Source: a virus (Duplodnaviria; Caudoviricetes). From it: a stretch of DNA of 60,460 nt. Within the stretch, counting starts at the first letter, position 1. Every line of letters starts with the position of its first letter. The notes beneath the pieces are model-generated. The model worked only from the letters and a program-made list of their open reading frames with translations. It searched no databases and was not told where the DNA came from. A program made the position numbers and the translations under genes. Of the stretch, positions 56,737 through 60,460 are shown one piece after another. The DNA lies in IMG/VR virus record IMGVR_UViG_3300042923_000250, positions 1-60,460 of that record; one strand, written 5' to 3'.

Positions 56737-57031
56737 AACACTATATTGCTATTCGGTTTACGATAGAACCATAGAAGAATACGTCTTAGTTGATGCGAAA
56801 CTATCGGATGCGCATGAACTATTAAAAATCCCCAAAGACAAAGTTGTTCAGTATTCGCAAAACGGATACGTGTTGAATAAACAATACATAGTCAGCAGAC
56901 GGTTACTTGACGGTGAGGTTATTGAAGAGGAACACGAAACCTTTACGGTTAGTGAGGAATTTAAGAAAGATTGGGATGAAGCTTGTTTAAAGTTGAATCC
57001 GAAAGCGAGGGGAATAGATGGGAGTTTATAA
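56726..57031 (+). CDS. Hypothetical protein
   Basis: ORF in operon. Confidence 0.65.
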   Translation: MGIRTLYCYSVYDRTIEEYVLVDAKLSDAHELLKIPKDKVVQYSQNGYVLNKQYIVSRRLLDGEVIEEEHETFTVSEEFKKDWDEACLKLNPKARGIDGSL

Positions 57032-57383
57032 GAGTAAGCAAAAAAGACGTAAGCCAAGCAAATTTGACCCTTATGTAGTTGAAATTGCCACCTATCTCTC
57101 CATGGGAAGGACAATTCAAGAAGTTGCGGAATTAATTGAATACCACTTTGATGATGCAGTAAGCAAGGATTCGCTTTATATGTTCATTCGGTCAAGAGGA
57201 TTAAAATCGAAGGTTACACAAGGAGGAACCAACCTCCAATATCAAGCTCCTTGCTGTCAAGGCTGTGAGAATTGTTTGAAAGTTATCAATACGAATGAGG
57301 TTGAGGTTAATGTTTGTTTGGTTGCTAAGAGGATTGTAAATAGGAGCTGCAAGACTTCTCCTCCATGGTGCATGAAGAGGTAA
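57018..57383 (+). CDS. HTH + Cys-cluster protein
   Basis: SKFDPY..EI...GRTIQEVAE; CCQGCENC...SPPWC. Confidence 0.65.
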   Translation: MGVYKSKQKRRKPSKFDPYVVEIATYLSMGRTIQEVAELIEYHFDDAVSKDSLYMFIRSRGLKSKVTQGGTNLQYQAPCCQGCENCLKVINTNEVEVNVCLVAKRIVNRSCKTSPPWCMKR

Positions 57384-57542
57384 ATGGTGGTGTGATGGGA
57401 TGGAGGGCATGGACAATAAACCTCAGGACAAGCCAAAGCCACCTAATAATTTTCACAATGCACCGCAGCGAGAGTATACAGCAGATGATTACGCGAAACT
57501 TGAAAGGGAACTTATTAATAAAGGATTATAAGAGGTAGATAG

Positions 57543-57992
57543 ATGAAATATACAGTAGAGCAGAAAGCTCAAGTTATGGCACTGCAAAATCAAGGCAATA
57601 TGGTGGCATGTGATTTTGGAGATATGGTCTTAATTACAGAAGGACACATCGGATATTACATAAAAAAGAAAGATTTAATTATAAACTACACAAAACTTAA
57701 AAAACCAATATCCTCAGCAGATCATTTGAAACCGGAAGCAATTTTTAAAGCAACAACTCAGGCTAAGAAAACCAGAAATGTATTCTTAATACCGAACGGA
57801 AAAATGGCAATAAAACTAGTAACTGATGATGGCAAAAAGGCATGGGTTAATATGAGCTATTTAAAAACATTCGGAGATTTTCCCTATTACAGAATATCCG
57901 GAGAAACCGAAGCCATATATGTAGTCGATATTAGAAATAATCCAATTGGAATTGTTATGCCAATGAGAATATACGACAATGAATCCGATTAA
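57543..57992 (+). CDS. Hypothetical protein with a beta-clamp-like C-terminus
   Basis: WVNMSYL...GIVMPMRI. Confidence 0.55.
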   Translation: MKYTVEQKAQVMALQNQGNMVACDFGDMVLITEGHIGYYIKKKDLIINYTKLKKPISSADHLKPEAIFKATTQAKKTRNVFLIPNGKMAIKLVTDDGKKAWVNMSYLKTFGDFPYYRISGETEAIYVVDIRNNPIGIVMPMRIYDNESD

Positions 57993-58002
57993 GGAGGCTA
58001 TC

Positions 58003-58179
58003 ATGAAAATAACAATTGAATGTACAGCAGCCGAACAAGCAGAAATAAAACGCAACCTTAAAATTAACCAGAGTGACACAGAGATAACTTATACACAAGC
58101 AATACATGACAATCCGGAGGATATGACCTGCGGGGAATATGCCTTGGGGTTGATTGAGCGGGTGATTACGGAGGATTGA
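58003..58179 (+). CDS. Hypothetical protein (paralog of a short ORF near 53405-53570)
   Basis: Both contain PEDMTCGEY. Confidence 0.55.
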   Translation: MKITIECTAAEQAEIKRNLKINQSDTEITYTQAIHDNPEDMTCGEYALGLIERVITED

Positions 58180-58180
58180 T

Positions 58181-59173
58181 ATGTTACAGATACTTGAATT
58201 ATTCGGAGGTATAGGAAGTCCAAGGGTAGCACTAAGGAATATTGGCGTTCCGGTAAAATCTATTGATTATGTGGAAATAGATGAAAAGGCGGTTCGGTCA
58301 TACAATGCAATGTTTGCAAATGAGCTAACGCATAAAACTCAATCAGTAGTCGGATGGAATTTAATGCCGGATATTCTCATTCATGGATCGCCTTGCCAGA
58401 CATTTTCAATTGCCGGAAAGCAAACAGGGGCAGACGAGGGTAGTGGAACAACATCAAGCCTTATGTGGGAAACTATACATATCATTCAACAGATGGGTAC
58501 ATGGAAGCCTAGATTTGTTATTTGGGAGAATGTTAAGAATGTTTTGAGCAAACATATGATACATAATTTCAATCGCTATTTAAGCGAAATGGAAGCTTTA
58601 GGGTATACAAATAGTTTCGAAATATTAGACGCGAGAGAGTTCGGCCTACCTCAGGGGAGAGAAAGAGTATTTACTATTAGTTGTTTAGATAAAACACATT
58701 TCAGGTTTGATAATTTAATACGAACACCCATGAGGCACATACTCGAATTTCTACAACAAAACAATGAGGTAAGTGATATATATACACTCACTCAGCCAAG
58801 CATGCTCAACAAGATTAATTATCAAGGAAAAGACTTTAGCGGGCTAGAAATAATAAAAGATCAGTGCAAAACAATTACATGTAAACAGCTTAGGTGCCCA
58901 AACAGCGGAATAATCGATTTGGGTAATGGAAAATACAGATTACTCACAGAGCTTGAATGTTGGAGATTACAAGGATATTCAGACGAAGATTATTGCAATG
59001 CATTAAAGGTTAATCCGAGTCAGCCAGGGAAAATGAATGGCGCAATGTATAAGCAAGCCGGAAACTCTATACCGGTACCGATATTTGAAAGTATTTTCCG
59101 AAAAATTATTCTAGGAGAAACACAAGGACAGCTCACAGGGCAAATGTCAATCACTGATTGGCTAACAATTTAG
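58181..59173 (+). CDS. DNA (cytosine-5) methyltransferase
   Basis: LELFGGIG, GSPCQ, WENV, PQGRERVF, KQAGNS. Confidence 0.93.
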   Translation: MLQILELFGGIGSPRVALRNIGVPVKSIDYVEIDEKAVRSYNAMFANELTHKTQSVVGWNLMPDILIHGSPCQTFSIAGKQTGADEGSGTTSSLMWETIHIIQQMGTWKPRFVIWENVKNVLSKHMIHNFNRYLSEMEALGYTNSFEILDAREFGLPQGRERVFTISCLDKTHFRFDNLIRTPMRHILEFLQQNNEVSDIYTLTQPSMLNKINYQGKDFSGLEIIKDQCKTITCKQLRCPNSGIIDLGNGKYRLLTELECWRLQGYSDEDYCNALKVNPSQPGKMNGAMYKQAGNSIPVPIFESIFRKIILGETQGQLTGQMSITDWLTI

Positions 59174-59522
59174 ATTTGCATAGGAGGATAACCCACCATG
59201 AAAGGGGTAAACCATGAATAATAAAAACACCAAAGTAACAATATTCGCAGAACCCAAAATTTTATACTCAAAACATAATTTTGGTAATTTTACCATTAAA
59301 CCTATCGTAATTAAGGATGGAGTAGTACATACAGCGAGTAATAAGCAGTTGTCAGTAGAGGGAGGGAGATAATATGCCAAAACGAACCGTAACCTACCCA
59401 ATGCGCATCAGCAAAGGCGAGCAGAAAATGAACAGCAATAAACAATATGATAAATACATAAAGCATCCTAGTAAGATTAATCCGGTGTTTCTGGAAAATC
59501 ATTATGAATTGGAGGGGAAGAA

Positions 59523-59873
59523 GTGAGTGATTTAATCAGTAGACAAGCAGTATTGGAATATCTATCGGAGTTATGTGAAACAAAAGATACTTCGGCATAC
59601 GGAATGCAGTTAACAGGAAATTACACGGATATGAAGTCGAAACTTGCAGAAAGAGATTGCGTAAATGGTATTATCGAAAATATTAGAGGATTTAATTGTG
59701 CTTATGATGTGGATAAGGTTGTGGAGCAGTTAGAAGAACGCAAAGGAGATAATATTCGTTATGCAAAACTAAAAGGCAATTCAGATTATAAGAAAATAGG
59801 ACATATTTGCAGAAGCGATGAAGATGATTATGCCATTCGTATAGTGAAAGGAGCTGTCAAGGATGATATTTAA
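59523..59873 (+). CDS. Hypothetical phage protein
   Basis: DLISRQAVL...AYDVDKVVEQLE...AIRIVKG. Confidence 0.75.
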   Translation: MSDLISRQAVLEYLSELCETKDTSAYGMQLTGNYTDMKSKLAERDCVNGIIENIRGFNCAYDVDKVVEQLEERKGDNIRYAKLKGNSDYKKIGHICRSDEDDYAIRIVKGAVKDDI

Positions 59874-60183
59874 AATATTGGTTGTATTCTTACTCATTAT
59901 GATACTTCTTGATTTAGATGCGATTATTAGACTGCTAAGAGCATCAAAGGAAGGAGCTGTCAAGGATGAATGATATATTAATCGAAGCCGGAAAATTACA
60001 GGATGAATATGACAAGTTAGTTAGAAACAGAAAGCTCACGAAAAAAGCATTATGTGATTTATGTATACCTTTCAGAGATAAATACGGATTAACCGACATG
60101 CAGACGTTAAAAATTGCACGAAGAGAATTATCAATAACCCAGATAGTTGATTTTATACAGAGGGAAGGAGCTGTCAAGGATGA
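59848..60183 (+). repeat. Three copies of the gene-junction repeat AAGGAGCTGTCAAGGATGA
   Basis: 59848-59866, 59951-59969 and 60165-60183; each contains RBS + GCTGTCAA + ATG. Confidence 0.9.
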
Positions 60184-60187
60184 ATAA
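59966..60187 (+). CDS. Hypothetical protein
   Basis: Between junction repeats. Confidence 0.65.
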   Translation: MNDILIEAGKLQDEYDKLVRNRKLTKKALCDLCIPFRDKYGLTDMQTLKIARRELSITQIVDFIQREGAVKDE

Positions 60188-60460
60188 GCAAGAGATTGAA
60201 AAAGCTATCGGAACTATTCAGAACGATATAAGCCAATTTAAAAAGCTTTTAATAGAACAACCCAATAGCCCGGTAAGAGAAAGAATTAAAAGCGAAATAT
60301 CGGCTTATGAGATTGCAGTAAAGTCACTTACCGAGCAATTAACCAATGGATGGATACCAGTAAGTCAACTTCCGGATGGAAATTATCCCGTGCTTATAAA
60401 AGTAATGATTGAAGGAAGAATGGAACCAAGCATAGGAAGCTATGACCAATTTAGGAAGAA
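60180..60460 (+). CDS. 5' part of DUF551-like protein continuing through the join to position 236
   Basis: MNKQEIEKAI...LTEQLTNGWIPVS; open to the window end. Confidence 0.75.
   Translation, partial: MNKQEIEKAIGTIQNDISQFKKLLIEQPNSPVRERIKSEISAYEIAVKSLTEQLTNGWIPVSQLPDGNYPVLIKVMIEGRMEPSIGSYDQFRK
60334..60460. repeat. Terminal direct repeat, copy 2
   Basis: Identical to 1-127. Confidence 0.95.

Noticed and set aside
3198-60177. GCYGTCAA as Spo0A boxes or simple -35 hexamers
   Set aside because: The 0A box is TGNCGAA; about half the copies are TTGACG, most are intragenic, and I saw no consistent -10 partner
60334-60460. 127-bp terminal repeat as a biological direct terminal repeat
   Set aside because: Length equals a common assembly k-mer and it falls mid-gene; best read as circular overlap

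Overview
The window is an apparently complete circular genome of a temperate siphovirus (60,333 bp unique). Bases 60334-60460 duplicate 1-127, and one ORF reads across the join. The probable host is a low-GC Clostridia/Lachnospiraceae-type bacterium (inference from Firmicute-type LexA boxes, RBSs and gene content). Modules: lysis, tail, head and terminase genes on the minus strand (4.8-28.3 kb); an accessory island (28.5-34.7 kb); a large serine integrase and CI/Cro switch (34.9-37.2 kb); and a long plus-strand early, recombination and replication arm (37 kb through the join to 4.7 kb). The most unusual signals are non-coding. (1) Two circularly permuted twister-like ribozymes sit in consecutive intergenic gaps of one operon. 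(2) A cluster holds one tRNA-Asn and three tRNA-like elements with intact acceptor/T-arms but aberrant anticodon arms. (3) The octamer GCYGTCAA occurs about 50 times by eye versus about 2 expected. (4) An invertible tail-fibre tip cassette has no adjacent invertase. (5) Two ribbon-helix-helix genes each have their own repeat arrays. (6) Two promoters carry identical LexA boxes, and the repressor lacks a cleavage domain. All calls are by eye and by motif recognition; no searches were run.
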